From the NCBI GenBank assembly GCA_964016885.1, contig OZ024750.1:4278001-4342000 (forward strand): a stretch of DNA of 64,000 bases, given 5' to 3'. Numbering within the stretch: the first letter of the stretch is position 1; each line of letters starts with the position of its first letter. Shown piece after piece: positions 37,440-51,424 of the stretch. The notes beneath the pieces were generated by a model. That model searched no databases and was not told the DNA's origin. It saw nothing but the letters and a program-made list of their open reading frames with translations. Made by a program: the position numbers and the translations under genes. The DNA comes from Eledone cirrhosa. Taxonomy: Eukaryota.

Positions 37440-37446
<7 letters not shown>
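37254..37446 (-). mobile_element. fold-back family P2 with hammerhead-like core, in (TA)n
   Basis: Arms about 37318-37377 and 37385-37446; minus strand reads CCTGATGA-TTTCTCCCGAAT-GAAAC-AGCTC; tail contains GTATTGAGTAC, as family P1 does. Confidence 0.65.
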
Positions 37447-37487
<41 letters not shown>

Positions 37488-38216
37488 TATATATACATAT
37501 ATATATATACATAGAAAAACAAACGAAAAATCAAAAAAAAAAAGCACTTTTTATTGAGCTTGTTTTTCGTCATTGAAATTTAGGTGACTTGTTAGCAAAT
37601 ACTTGTTTGATTTGGAAAATGAAGTAGGATGTTTTTGCTATGTTTTCATGGATAGAAGGGAAATCAAATATCAATAAGTAGCTTGAATCAATCTGCTAAA
37701 ACTGATCCGTTAAAATTTCAGCTGAAGTTATTTTCTTCATTGAATGTATTTTTATTTTATTTGTAGTGCAGAAGTATCTCGTTTAACGATCTTCTGACGT
37801 TGTTTTCCCCTCATCATATCTGTTTATAACTCAAAATATGTCTGGCTCGCATTTCCAGCGGGCTTCCTCAATTCTATTTTTTATTAACTTTTATACCATA
37901 TATAGTAATAAATATAAATATATAAACAAACGTTGAGCTAAACGAAAAGAAAAAAAATATTGGGAAAGAAAAACAAAGAAGATCTAAGATAAATAAATTA
38001 AAATGTAATAAAAAAGTTGATTTGTTTTCAGTTCAGCTATATTGATCTCTGAAATCAAGGTCATAATTCAGGTGGGTATTCCTTTCCTTTCTGTAAACGT
38101 TTTAGTCTCGTGAGTTATCGTCCAAACGTTATTTAAATCTAGGGCGTTACTTTACGACTAACTCTTACTACATGGATTTGCTTTAATGTCGAATTAATGA
38201 CAGACAATATACATAT

Positions 38217-38324
38217 TTGTTTCTACTTTTGGCACAAGGCCAGCAATTATCCCAGTGCATTACTGGTACTTTATTTTATTGACCCCGTAAGGATGAAAGT
38301 TAACCTCGGCGGGATTTGAACTCA
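38217..38324 (-). mobile_element. SINE family A, 5'-truncated
   Basis: Tail plus core. Confidence 0.85.
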
Positions 38325-38843
38325 TATTAGCTAGACTTGCTAGAAATAGTAACCAAATTTCCAATCTCCGTCAAATTACATCGGAAACGGGGATAATAAC
38401 TGGTCTAATGAACCTCCGAGCCCGAGAGAGTCTTTAGATATCTCCTTTGGTATCATTGACGAACTGATGGTATGCGGGAAATAAAGCTTTTTCTTGGTAT
38501 TAAGATTTAACTTCGACCATAGCTGTATAGATATAGGCATTGGAATTTCGTATTTCTATGAAATACGGTATGTTTATAAATAAACATTTAATAAAATAAA
38601 AATATCAGCTGTCACATCAGATACACAGATTCGAAAGAAAATAAAAATGTTCGTTTACATGGGTAAATAGAGGAATTCAGTAATTAGAATGTCTCATCCC
38701 AGTGGTCTCTTTGATGACTTAACTGACAGGTAAATGTAATACACACCTTGCTGCCTTCATTAACCTGTATATTCGTACAAACCCACAAACACACCCATTG
38801 ACCATATATTTGGCACACTAACGGTTCTTATACACCGTGTATA

Positions 38844-39029
38844 TAATTGTTTCTACATTTGGCACAAGGCCAGCAATTATTTCAGTATATTACTGGTACT
38901 TTATTTAATCAAGCCTGTAAGGATGAAAGGCAAAGTTAACCCCGGCAGGATTTGAACTCAGACCGTAAAGGGCCGTAACTCTTTGCTGCAAAGCATGGCG
39001 TCCGATCCTCTACCGATACTGCCAATCCA
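38844..39029 (-). mobile_element. SINE family A
   Basis: Near full-length match. Confidence 0.9.
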
Positions 39030-39504
39030 AATGCTATGTATTTATTCAGCCTTGCACGCGCACACACACAGACACATACATACACACATACCCATACACA
39101 CATGCACACATACACAAACACACACATGCACACATATACACACACATGCATACATATACACACACATATATATATATATATATAGACACACACGTATATA
39201 TTTGTGTGTCCGTATGTATTTATACATACTTACAAACCCGCTCTTACATATTCATCGAATGAACTGAGATATTCCTGTTCACATACATACATACTTACAT
39301 GCATACATACACACATACATACATACACACATACATACATACATACATACACACATACATACACACACACATACACGCATACATACATACATACATACAT
39401 ACTTACATGCATACACACATACATACATACACACATACATACATACACACATACATACACACACACATACACGCATACATACATACATGCATACACACAT
39501 ACAC

Positions 39505-39537
<33 letters not shown>

Positions 39538-39734
39538 CATGCAAGTGTGTATATATATATACGCACACATATTTTAATATGGTTCTAAGCAAAGGTATTC
39601 ATAATAAAAGGTTCTGTTTTGCCGATGACCGGACTATATTTTCGTATCGAATTCCGATACCGACCACACACGGTTCGATCAATAATATATATTTGGTGTA
39701 ATGGTAGGTTATTACAGAGGGCCATTGAGAGCAA

Positions 39735-39769
<35 letters not shown>

Positions 39770-39804
39770 CAACAAAAACAACAACAATAACATAATAATA
39801 ATAA

Positions 39805-39843
<39 letters not shown>

Positions 39844-40035
39844 AATAAATATAAAAGGAAAAAAAAGCTATCACTTACAATTTTATTGCTAGAAAAAAAA
39901 AAATACCTTGTGCAATTATAGGTAGGAAAATACCGTCTAAATGGATCTTAAAGTGCACTCAGGTCTCACGTCTAGTAGCAGAGAAAATAACATCTTTTAT
40001 ACAAGGCTTCTGTTGAAGAAACAAATAATATTAAC

Positions 40036-40325
40036 TGTGTGGCCCAGTGGTAAGTATGTTGGACTTATGATATTAATGTCGTTGGTCGATTGCTGGACTG
40101 GGTTGTGTGTTTGTGTTGTGCAATTGAGCAAAACATTTCGTTTCACGATCGATGCTCCAGTACACTCAGCTGAAAATGAGTACCAGTAATAACTGGGGTT
40201 TCAACAATATGATGGACAGGCGTCTTGTCCAGCAGGGTGTCTTGTACTCTCACTCGCTTCATGCCACGGAAACCGAGATAAACACAGGTCTGATGTATCT
40301 CAGGGCTCGAGATTGACTTTAGACT
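40036..40325 (+). mobile_element. diverged CORE-type SINE
   Basis: TGGCCCAGTGG A box; TTGAGCAAAACATTT..GCTCCAGTACACTCAGCTGAAAATGAGTACC. Confidence 0.6.
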
Positions 40326-40417
40326 TCATAGAATTGAAGTAGAATTCCCGACACTTGGTCGGTAGATCGACGAATGATGTGAAAGACAATAGGTGTGTAT
40401 GAGATGATCAAATCTTT

Positions 40418-40675
40418 AGAACCAAACTCCCATTGTCACTACCTCCGTCTCTCCTGCTCGCCCCATGACACACTATTATAAGCAAATGGGGGTCGATATG
40501 CTGGCCGACCCGCGGCCCTGGCGGACAGAATAGAGAAGGCGTTTCCACGGAGGATGAAATGATGAGGGAGACGCTTTGGAAGAACCATTCCAGCTTGCGA
40601 GGCTCACACCTGTGAGTAGTCAACTCCTTACCGATGTTACTGAGCAGGGAGTTGCTCCAAGGGCCAAGGGCACAT
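40418..40675. mobile_element. dispersed repeat family Q, unamplified copy
   Basis: Colinear with 19228-19438; carries one diverged copy of the 79-bp unit. Confidence 0.7.
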
Positions 40676-41019
40676 GGGCGGGGAGGCGGGGGTTGAATGT
40701 TTCGAACATATTAGAATCTGTTCTTAACAATACTTATGACACTGCAGTTTACTGTTTAATCTAATAATGTCGAATTAACGAATAGCCCAGAGCAGCGGGG
40801 AGCAAAACTTGTTTTATATAGAAAAGCCACGTCGAATTAAGAGTAATTTAATAAGGCATCATTAAAGAAAATATTGTATTAAATATACAGAAAATATTAT
40901 TATATTAAATGTTAAAACGTAATTATAGGATTTAAAGTAATATATTAAAATGTAAGTTTGCTTTTATAGATATTTTAAAGAACCTTAGAAAAATATAATA
41001 CTGTATGAAGGTATTGAAT

Positions 41020-41320
41020 TACCTGAGTCGGATAAATTGTCGAATAAAATGTTTCGTGGCATCCATTCCAACTCTCTGGACCGCAAGTTCCAATCTCGTT
41101 GAGGTCACCTACACCTATTATTTCGAGGTTGATAAATAAAGTGCCAGTCCAGTACAGGGATAGATTCTTCCTCCATATTCTTTTCTCATTTCTCTCTTTC
41201 TTTCTCTCTTTCTCTGGAAGGAATCGACTGTGTTCAGATCTAGAGAGAGGGAGAGAGGGGGGATGAGCTCCTTCAGGTTTAAAATGTCATGACGACTCCC
41301 CATATCGAGTTACGAGACCC
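41020..41320 (+). mobile_element. SINE family A extended variant, diverged
   Basis: Core remnants plus CTGGAAGGAATC...CAGGTTTAAAATGTC...GTTACGAGACC. Confidence 0.55.
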
Positions 41321-41329
41321 ACTAGGAGT

Positions 41330-41501
41330 TATGGGGTCGACTGAAAAGTTCATAGGATGACCAAGGTACTCTCATGGAATGACCAAATGAAAGACAATGC
41401 AGTTATTATTAAGAATAGTTAAAATTAATACATGCAAAATTTCACAGCTCTAGCATCACTCCTTCATAGTCAGCCTATGAACTATTCAGCCTACCCTCGT
41501 A
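41330..41501. mobile_element. mariner-like MITE family M, both ends present
   Basis: TATGGGGTCGACTGAAAAGTTCATAGG ... CCTATGAACTATTCAGCCTACCCTCGTA; TA at both ends. Confidence 0.75.
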
Positions 41502-42069
41502 GATACTTTTAAAAATGACTTTATCATTACCTCTGAGTCAAACTCCCGCAAGGCTCGACCACACCTTCTTGGCATCTAATCGATACGTTTAACACACTGA
41601 AGTAGATTTCGACTACTCCATTTCTCTCTTACCAATTTCTGGCCTTGTACCAGAGAAAGAATCATTATCACGCAACCAAGCAATAGTCGTAGAGCAGACA
41701 ATTCCAGTAGGAGCCAATTCATTTCACGTATTTGGCAACTGTTTTGAGAAACTCTTCAGTGAGAGATAATTTATTTCTTTAACCTATAATTGTATAGACT
41801 AAGTAAGAAATCATTTATCGTCAATTAATTATCAACTGTTTCAATTCTCAGTGATAATACTTTCCCTTCATTTAAATCACTGATGTCACTAATGCTCTTG
41901 GCACTCTCAGTTTCTCGACTTCTGAAAGTAATTAGACTAATAAAGATTTATTAGACATCACTGGAAACTAAATAGTCAAGAATATACACGTATAGTATTG
42001 GCTATTCCACTAAGAGGTAAAGTAAAAAGTTTATAATTGTTGCAAGGTAATATGCATGCATGCATGGGC

Positions 42070-43170
42070 CCTTTACTCCTGGGGGAATCGTAGGGGCGCC
42101 GAATTGACACACGGTGTTTCTATGGCATTTTAAAAGCTGTTGGAGCCCATCTCTCTCTCTATGTTTGAATACAGCAGGTATCTTCCGGAGACAGGTAGTG
42201 CCCTGGAAACAACAGTTCCTAGAACCTGTTGGTGTTGTTGCTGCCGTCTCTATCGTTATCCATCTCATTATCTTCCTAGCTTCTTCCAGTGAATTCTTAA
42301 GTGGATCTTACCCGCAGCAGTTAGTCTTATTACCCCGCACCACCAATCTTATTGCTTTCCTTCTACACTCACAGTTCGGTACAACTCTGGGATTCTTCTG
42401 TGGTCTTCGATGGTCATCAGAAACTATTTGTTCATGCAGACCCTAGCCGAGCACATGTGATGCCACATCACTCACCCGAAGCATCAACGTCACCACCAAC
42501 GTCACTTCTGGTGACCATGGTAATACATCATCCCATGTATTCCTACACCATCACTATGAGCAGCGGGGTGACACATAAGCTCTATTTACCTTTTTTTTTT
42601 TTATTCGTCTTCAATGTTACAGGCCTTGGTCAACTTTCTACATGCTGTATCTCTACCAGTGGAACATACGTTATCATGTAAAACCAGGACTTCATTTAAC
42701 TGTTCCTTTGCGGGTAAATCGAAGCCCTCATCGATTTTCTTGAAAAACAGGTATGTAATCTTCTCCGTTTGGGGATAAATTCCTCAAAAAAAGGTCGTAT
42801 ACTTTTTTGTGATACACCGCTGCTACTCTTTCTTCTTTGACTAGTACCAAACCCATCTACAAACCTTTCTTTAGCATGTTATACTATCAAAGGTGTGGTG
42901 ATTATTACTTCTATAAATAATGTACAAGTTTGCACTGCTGTTCTTGCTGTTGTTGTTAGCAGTACTTTTGTTCATGTTGTTAGCAGTATTTTTATTCATG
43001 TCGCCCAAATTTGCGTTTTTGGGCGTCAAAAGGTGAATGTTTGTGAATATAGCCGTCTCTTTGTTATTTTTGTTTTTCTATATTATTTTGTCGATTTCTT
43101 AAATAACTTCTTAAATGGGATCGTATTCAGCGGTAACACTTATTTCTCCTCCTTTAATGAGAACACAAGA
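42070..43170 (-). pseudogene. possible highly decayed LINE ORF1 relic
   Basis: Coding-like composition with stops and frameshifts; VSVEG-KAIRLVVRG-NKTNCCG is reminiscent of the region preceding a gag-like zinc knuckle. Confidence 0.3.
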
Positions 43171-43261
43171 AGAGTTATATATGTACACACACATACATCC
43201 CACCATATATATATATGTATATATATATACACACACACGGATGTACACATACATACATACA

Positions 43262-43293
<32 letters not shown>

Positions 43294-43313
43294 CACATAC
43301 ACCCCACCATATA

Positions 43314-43358
<45 letters not shown>

Positions 43359-43370
43359 GGATATAGACAT

Positions 43371-43418
<48 letters not shown>

Positions 43419-43535
43419 GGATATAGACATACATACATACATACATATACACATACACCCCACCATATATATATGTATATATATATACACACACACGGAT
43501 ATATACATACATACATATACACATATACCCCCCCC

Positions 43536-43575
<40 letters not shown>

Positions 43576-43576
43576 G

Positions 43577-43608
<32 letters not shown>

Positions 43609-43724
43609 CACACGGATATATACATTCATACATACATACAGACACACATACACCTCCACATATATATATATACATACACACGCATACATATATATATATT
43701 GCTAATTTCTTGTGGAACTAAGTC

Positions 43725-43805
<81 letters not shown>

Positions 43806-44311
43806 TGGCGTATGTTAAACAAAATCGTATTTTGTCACTGTTTACTTTTGGATCAGTCATGTCCCTTTATGTCAAGATGACCTTATCCCTTACGAGATTT
43901 ATACAGTAACACCAAAGAAGCTACAGGATTCGATAAAATCGAATACAAACCCTTGAAGACCCTGCCCCAGCATGGCCATAGTCGATTAACTAAAATGATA
44001 AAACAGTTAAGATAAATAAACAATAGGTAGCCATATATCATAACATGTTGTTTGTCAAAGTAAAAGAAAAGGGAGTTTGGGCGGTCGTAAATATTGCAAG
44101 ATAGTTAACAATGTAACTGAAACGAAATTGTTATAATCCGGAATTGCGAAGTTTTCTGTCTCGGCTCGTCCGGAACTCAGAATATACTGTCCCAACCCTT
44201 TCAAACATTCTTTAATCATAACTAACTAGTGTTCGTAAAAGGGACTTGATTAAGAGGAAAACGGTTTCTTCCGCCCGCTTTTCAAGAAAACATGTACAAT
44301 CTGTTTTACGT

Positions 44312-44356
<45 letters not shown>

Positions 44357-44361
<5 letters not shown>

Positions 44362-44514
44362 AACGAGTAGGACCCCGACGGCTGAGCTCAAGCCGTTTCG
44401 ACGGCTAATTCTGCCGTCGGGGTCCTACTCGTTCCTATTACCCACTCTACTACCCTAAGTATTGAGTACTTTGGTGCGTTATGGTCCACCTGGTTCCTTA
44501 CCACATTTCCTCCG

Positions 44515-44517
<3 letters not shown>
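44357..44517 (+). mobile_element. fold-back family P1, variant with collapsed centre, in (TA)n
   Basis: Arms ATAGGAACGAGTAGGACCCCGACGGC and GCCGTCGGGGTCCTACTCGTTCCTAT; tail is the reverse complement of 7104-7181. Confidence 0.75.
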
Positions 44518-44572
<55 letters not shown>

Positions 44573-44643
44573 TTATATGTATATATAATACATATAAATA
44601 TGTATATATATATACATACATATATATATATATGTATATATAT

Positions 44644-44718
<75 letters not shown>

Positions 44719-45265
44719 GCATAAATAAATAAATATACATACATACATACATAAATATATAATGTTGTTATGCACCAAGTACATATTGCAACTAATGAAC
44801 TCTAATTAGAAACAATTTCCTGTTGAAATATATATTTTCATTATAGTATCAAATGGCATGAGATTTATCTGATTAGATGCAGCAAATCCCAATATCATTG
44901 AAACAGTACATGTCTAGGAATCATTGTATGATAGCCTCTACATTGTGTTGATTATATTGTGTTGAACTATTAAATACTATAATCATTACATCGATTTTTG
45001 ATATGCTCAATAGATATTTGGTTATTGGATATCGTTTAAAATATTATTTTCTCGAAGACTGTGTCACATTTGATGGATATAAAATAACTTATGATAAAAA
45101 AAATATTCGTGTATTAGGTACCAGGTTACTATACACAAACTTTACCACAGGTACATATACATGTTTAGTTATTATTAAACAATTTATAACTTATAGACCC
45201 TAGAGTTTGTTGTTCTCCATCGACAACGAATCAGTTTGGGGGTATAAACAACGGAAATGATGTTT

Positions 45266-45306
<41 letters not shown>

Positions 45307-45313
45307 GCACCTG

Positions 45314-45372
<59 letters not shown>

Positions 45373-45471
45373 GGCTGACTGAAGACGAATGTGTGTTTTT
45401 TTTCTCACCCTCCCCGTTCCTTCCTCTTCTCACTCTCTATCGTTCTAGTTCATCTTTTATTTCTAACTCTA

Positions 45472-45594
45472 TCTTCTGATGAAGGACTAGTGCCCGAAAC
45501 GTAAAGACTCTTTTCCTATTATTTCAAGCGTTAAACTAATATATTTCTTCAATGTGCAGTGTCGTTTGTTTTGTTTTGGTTTCTGTTTACTTTA
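45472..45594 (+). ncRNA. minimal type I hammerhead ribozyme, family P3
   Basis: TCTT-CTGATGA-A-GGAC-TAGT-GCCC-GAAAC-GTA-AAGA at 45472-45507: stem I TCTT/AAGA, GUA cleavage triplet, one mismatch in stem II; downstream homologous to the 29552 copy; followed by (CA)n. Confidence 0.7.
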
Positions 45595-45627
45595 CACACA
45601 CACACACGCACATAAATATATATATAA

Positions 45628-45757
45628 GGGGAGGGGAAATTCAATTAACCCGACCCAGTGCATTACTGGTACTTTATTTTAACGACCTTGTAAGGATGAA
45701 AGGCGAAGATAACCTCGGCGGGATTTGAACTCAGAACATAAAGGGCCAGAACTCCAC
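45628..45757 (-). mobile_element. SINE family A fragment
   Basis: Family core and B box. Confidence 0.8.
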
Positions 45758-45965
45758 TGCCCTGCAGCTGTCGCTTGCTGTTACTTATAGTGATGATGAT
45801 GTTGACAATTGTGGATTATTTAAAGAGATATTTAGGTAATGGTGACGTGGCTTGACATAACTATTAACTGTGACAACACAGGAATAAGACGCCGGTGGTT
45901 GTGAACTCAGATCTATTACATAAGTAGTTCTTAATGAAACAATAAAGTTAGCGCCAGACAAAGCT

Positions 45966-46662
45966 GTGGTGGTGGTGGTGATCGTGGTGGTGGTGGTGGT
46001 GGTATAGTGGTGGTGGTAGTGGTGGTAGTGGTGGTGGTGGTTGTGGTGGTGGTGGTTGTGGTGGTGGTGGTGGTGGTTGTGGTGGTGGTGGTGGTGGTGG
46101 TGGTGGTAGTAGTGGTGGTGGTGGTGATGGTGGTGGTGGTGGTGGTGGTGGTGGTGACTGTGGTGGTGGTATAGTGGTGGTGGTGGTGATATAGTGGTGG
46201 TGGTAGTGGTGGTAGTGGTGGTGGTGGTTGTGATGGTGGTGGTGGTGGTAGTAGTGGTGGTGACTGTGGTGGTGGTGGTGGTGGTGTTGGTATAGTGGTG
46301 GTGGGTGGTGGTGATGGTGGTATTGGTGGTATTGTGGTGGTGGTGGAAGGAATAGAGAGGGAAATGTTTAAGAGAGAGAGAGAGAGAAGGACAGGGAGAG
46401 ATGAAGGAAGAGAGAAATGGTGCGAGAGAGACAGAGAGAGAGAGATGCAGAGGGTAAGAGAGAGAAGAGCAGAGAGAGGGAGAGAGAAAGAGAGAGAGAG
46501 AGAGGAAGAAATAAATAAAGAGGGAGAGAGCAAGAGAGAGGGAGAGTGGAAAAGAAAGAGAGATAGAGATAGATAGATAGATAGAGAGAGAGAGAATGAG
46601 AGAGAGAGAGAGAGAGCAGGAGAGATAGATAGATAGACAGACAGATAGATAGACAGATGGAG

Positions 46663-46717
<55 letters not shown>
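45966..46717. repeat. (GGT)n tract followed by a (GA)n-rich tract
   Basis: Seen directly. Confidence 0.95.
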
Positions 46718-46719
<2 letters not shown>

Positions 46720-46922
46720 GAACTGCAAGAAGTCTCAGAGTTATACTGAAGAAATATGAAAGAACAAAAATAAGCCGAAATAATGTTTAGGTAAAAAGTA
46801 AGAAACATTAGTGAAACTCGTTAGTAAAATATATAAACTACAATAGAAGGAAATGTGTTTAATGTGTGGCCGGATACTATACAATGGTTAGAGTGTGAGA
46901 CCAACCTGTATTTCAAGAGTCA

Positions 46923-46969
<47 letters not shown>

Positions 46970-47117
46970 TATATATATGCATATATATATATATATATGT
47001 ATATGTATATATATATATATGTATATATATGTATATATATGTATATATGTATATATATATATGTATATATGTATATGAATATGTATATATATATATATAC
47101 ATGTGTGTGTGTGTATG

Positions 47118-47250
47118 CAGTGGCGGACTGGCCAGGTTGCCAGGTTGCCAGGTTGCCAGGTTTCCCCAGGGGGCCCACGGTAGCATTGCAAGAGCCCACA
47201 GTATCATTGCAGGGCCCACTGTAGTATTTTAGGGGTCAATGTTTTGCTTT
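47118..47250 (+). mobile_element. hAT-like transposon end
   Basis: CAGTGGCGGACTGGCC start, GCCAGGTT x4 and GGGCCCAC subterminal repeats; the other end was not found. Confidence 0.4.
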
Positions 47251-47549
47251 CAAAAAAAATACTTGAACTCTAAGAGAAAGAATAAAATAAAAATAAAAAT
47301 TAAGCAAAGCAGTTGGTCAACCAAGGAGGGGGGGGGGGGTGAGGTGGAACAGTAATGAGACATGGAATACAGGTTAAAATATAGTCTAGATAGATGAAAA
47401 ACAAAACGAGGATGTAGCTTATGGAACACCCAAATGATTTAGAAGTCGACCTTAAGTAGGAGCAATAAGAAAGACATGAACGACACCACAACACTTTCTT
47501 TTGAAAATTTGAAAGTAGGTTTATAAGTATGAATTTTCATAAGATGTTC

Positions 47550-47776
47550 GTAGTTGTCTCTGTGGGCTAGCGGTAGGTACCAGAGACGTTGGAGATCCTG
47601 GTCTTGGGTTCAATCCTGGACAAGAGGTAGATGTTATATTTTTTCAGTTTTTATTTTATAACCAATAGAAAAAACTGGAAAGGTTTACCGGGAACCCTAC
47701 TCCCGACCAGGATCGAACTTCAGACCAGGATCACCACCGTCTATGACTCTTCTAACTAGGCCACCGAGACAGCTAC
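47550..47776. other. convergent inverted pair of tRNA-like (A box/B box) units
   Basis: Plus: GTAGTTGTCTCTGTGGGCTAGCGG...GATCCTGGTCTTGGGTTCAATCCTGG. Minus: GTAGCTGTCTCGGTGGCCTAGTTAG...GATCCTGGTCTGAAGTTCGATCCTGG. Each is followed by an oligo-T run. Confidence 0.6.
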
Positions 47777-47892
47777 AAAAGTATAATGCAAAATGATAAT
47801 TATAAAAGTAAAATTGATCATTAGGTACACATATATTAAATACACACACATACACACACTCACATAGACACTCACACACACACACGCACACG

Positions 47893-47949
<57 letters not shown>

Positions 47950-48033
47950 GTAGAACACTGGACGGTAATATCCGTAGTGGTAGAGCACTCAATCCATGGG
48001 ACTCGGTATGGTGAACTAACTGTTGTGACACTA

Positions 48034-48094
<61 letters not shown>

Positions 48095-48097
<3 letters not shown>

Positions 48098-48275
48098 AGG
48101 AGACAACAAACAAAGGTACAAAAGGTTTTATTAGTTTCACGCTTTATGTGGAAAAGGGGAAAGAAAGTTCGACGTGTCGTGCTTAAGTCTTTCTTCAGAA
48201 GTACAAAGAAGATACAGAAATAAAGGAGTCCAAGTAAAGAAAAAAAATCGAAAATAAGGTGTGTAAACAAGGCAA
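48095..48275 (-). mobile_element. family P3 copy with degenerate hammerhead
   Basis: Minus CTGAAGA...GACAC-GTC (GAAAC mutated), then AAGCGTGAAACTAATA; abuts (TA)n. Confidence 0.45.
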
Positions 48276-48716
48276 CCCGTTAGGTATATCTTTTGTCACC
48301 TAATTGTTTATTCAGTTCTTTAACATCATCTGTACTTTTCATTATAATAGATGACACCTATATGTCCCCCACTCATCTTCTTCTGCTTTAAGTGAAAGAT
48401 AAAGATGTTGCCTTAACATCTTAGAACTAAAATCTTTATTGATTAATTCAATTGCACTATAAATGACAAAGATGTCCCATTTATTATCGTTTTATAAACA
48501 ACTGGAGAGGAATTGTTAGTCACCATCTTACTCATTTGTCACATCATACGCTTGTTTACACGACAATTGTTATATTTTTTTTTATTATATGACAATGTAC
48601 ATTTTTATCTCTCTTAAGACACGAGTTTCATTGTGTGAAGCAGAGAGGACAGAAAATTCACTGCTAGTCGAACAACCAATAATCAATCACTTCATTGTAT
48701 TTGCTTTGAATTTTAG

Positions 48717-49030
48717 ATCTAGAAGAGTATTATTGTGTACTTATCTGGAAGAGTATTATTGTGTCCAGATCTGGAAGAGTATTATTGTGTACTGATCTGG
48801 AAGAGTATTATTGTGTACTTATCTGGAAGAGTATTATTGTGTACTGATCTGGAAGAGTATTATTGTGTACAGATCTGGAAGAGTATTATTGTGTACTGAT
48901 CTGGAAGAGTATTATTGTGTACTTATCTGGAAGAGTATTATTGTGTACTGATCTGGAAGAGTATTATTGTGTACAGATCTGGAAGAGTATTATTGTGTCC
49001 AGATCTGGAAGGATATTTTGTGAACTGATA
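48717..49030. repeat. 26-bp minisatellite, about 12 copies
   Basis: ATCTGGAAGAGTATTATTGTGTACTG. Confidence 0.95.
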
Positions 49031-49672
49031 TAGAAAACTTCTGTTTTGATGTTATCCGATAATGTTGATTTTTAGCTTAGGAAATATTACAAATAACGAT
49101 ATGAAAGATTGTTGCTGTTGTTGTTCTTGTTGTTATTTGATTGTTTAGTTCTTGTTGAACTCTGATCTAGAAGATTTATGATCCAAGAATGTGACCACGA
49201 GCCGCTTTATTTCAAAACATCTAGAGTTACATTATTGTTATATTATTCTAAAATGACATTAATTAAAAAAAAAAAAAGGATATGGCTGGCTGTGATTGGT
49301 AGATAATTCGGCTGCTATTTTTAGTAGGTCGATCAACCATATATTACATTCCCTTTCATATTCCCGAAATTCTATTTAATCTCGGTCAAGATCAGCGAGG
49401 TATTAAATGGCCTGATCAGCTGTCATTTACAGGTATATATTATTTCCTCGTAAACTCTAATTTGTCGAGAGATAGTTAGGTATAGCAACTAACTCAATCT
49501 TGTTGATGGGACTTTAGCTGCGTTATAATATATTATTTATTAAGATATGTGGTTCTATAATCTATGCCGTAACATATTATTATATCAATGAGGAGAAAAC
49601 GAGTGTCCAAAGTTCAGTATTAGTATTTACACACAATAATTGATGTAGAAAACCTATATAAAGTAAAGTATT

Positions 49673-49850
49673 TATAATTGTTTCTACTTTTGGCACAAGG
49701 CCAGCAATTACCCAGTACGATATTTTATCGACCCCGTAAGGATGAAAGGCAAAGTTAACCTCGGCGGGATTTGAACTCAGTCCGTAAAGAGACGTAACTG
49801 TGCTGCAAAGCATGGCGTCTGACCCTCTACCGATACTACCAATTCACCAG
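49673..49850 (-). mobile_element. SINE family A
   Basis: Family match with a short deletion. Confidence 0.9.
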
Positions 49851-50169
49851 TATTTATAATACAATGTAAAAAGCGTAACCGGCCTGAAACTGTACCCGTT
49901 AAAAGTGTTCTTAATATAATCAGCTGCTCTCCCTATTATGATCTCAACATTTTGAGGGTACTGTCACGTTGAATTTCTTTTACATTCACACACACATTTT
50001 TATTTCTTATTATTTTCGTGTTTTATACGACTTTCATAGAGGGTTTAACCCGAAACATCAAATAACTTCTTTTTTTCTCCAGCATACACATTTCTTTTCT
50101 TTTTTATACTGTATATATATATATATATATATATACACATTCACACGCGTGTATACATACATACACACA

Positions 50170-50239
<70 letters not shown>

Positions 50240-51069
50240 CGTGTGAAGAAAGTCTATTAAATTTAAAAAGATTCTTGTGTTTTTAGAAAATAAAAATAAA
50301 AACCTTTCCTTTATATGAATACTGCAGAAATATAGAAATCACGTTTGTCTTCTCAGATTGCAATGAATGAAAATCGTGGAAAGAGAATAACGATAAAATT
50401 ATTTTAAAAGTAGATAAACCAGTGGATCGAGTGCAAAAGAAAATGTACACGTTTAGTGGCCAAGCCTATTTATTAGAAATTGGCCAGTAGCCACTTAGAA
50501 CAGAAATTGAACTGGATTGTTCGAACTTGATTTACAAAAGACAGACCCGAATACGTATATTTTAAGAGTTTCAAGTGGCAAACTTGCCAAATTTAACCGA
50601 CATTCTTGGCGTGAATTTTAGTGAAGAGAGCAAAGCAAGTTTTTCAGGAGTTATGTTTGTGTAAAATCAGATTATTAACATATCAGCAGTACAAAAGACT
50701 TTCAAGGTCTCTTTGCATGAAAATATATTAGAGAGGACCATTACGTAATATTCTGACTTGCCAAAAATATTCTGACCTGCAAATATATTTGTTAATTCAG
50801 GACCATACAACCTTTAAAATGGAAGGAGTCATGTTTATTCAAAATGATGAAGTCGTAACCCCAAAGACCTAGGACGCGATTTTCAATTTTAAAATACCTT
50901 TTATCATATTGCGTTGGACCCTGTCTCGCCCGAGATTAAAATACTGAGGTCGATATAACCGTTACCAATGTTAGAAGAAATCAATACTATATATGCGTTA
51001 CAAGTGTTAGAACTCAATACTTTACCATTTTACATAGAACAATGACTAATGAATTCATCATTTTATTTT

Positions 51070-51417
51070 ATCCCGTAACTCCCGAGGGAGTCAGGGACAA
51101 CGTGTTCACATACAGGGTTTCTAGGGCATATTAAAACCTGGTGAAACCCCCCACCCCCACCCCCCCATCTCCTTCTGAGGTCTGAATATAGCAGATTTCT
51201 TCCAGAGAAGGATAGAGAGAATGGGAAAGAATGGAAGTGAGGAATAGACAGAGAGGAAGAATCGGCTCCAGTACTAGACTGGTACTTTATTATCGACCAG
51301 CAATGGATGAAAGGCAAAGTTAAGCTCAGAGGGATTTGAACTGAGAGAGGGCAGAGAGCCGAAATGAATACCGCAAAGAATTCTGCTCGATGCTCTAACG
51401 ACTCTGCCAATTCGCTG
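51070..51417 (-). mobile_element. SINE family A extended variant
   Basis: Reverse complement of the 16960 architecture including the 3' module. Confidence 0.7.
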
Positions 51418-51424
51418 CTTTGTA

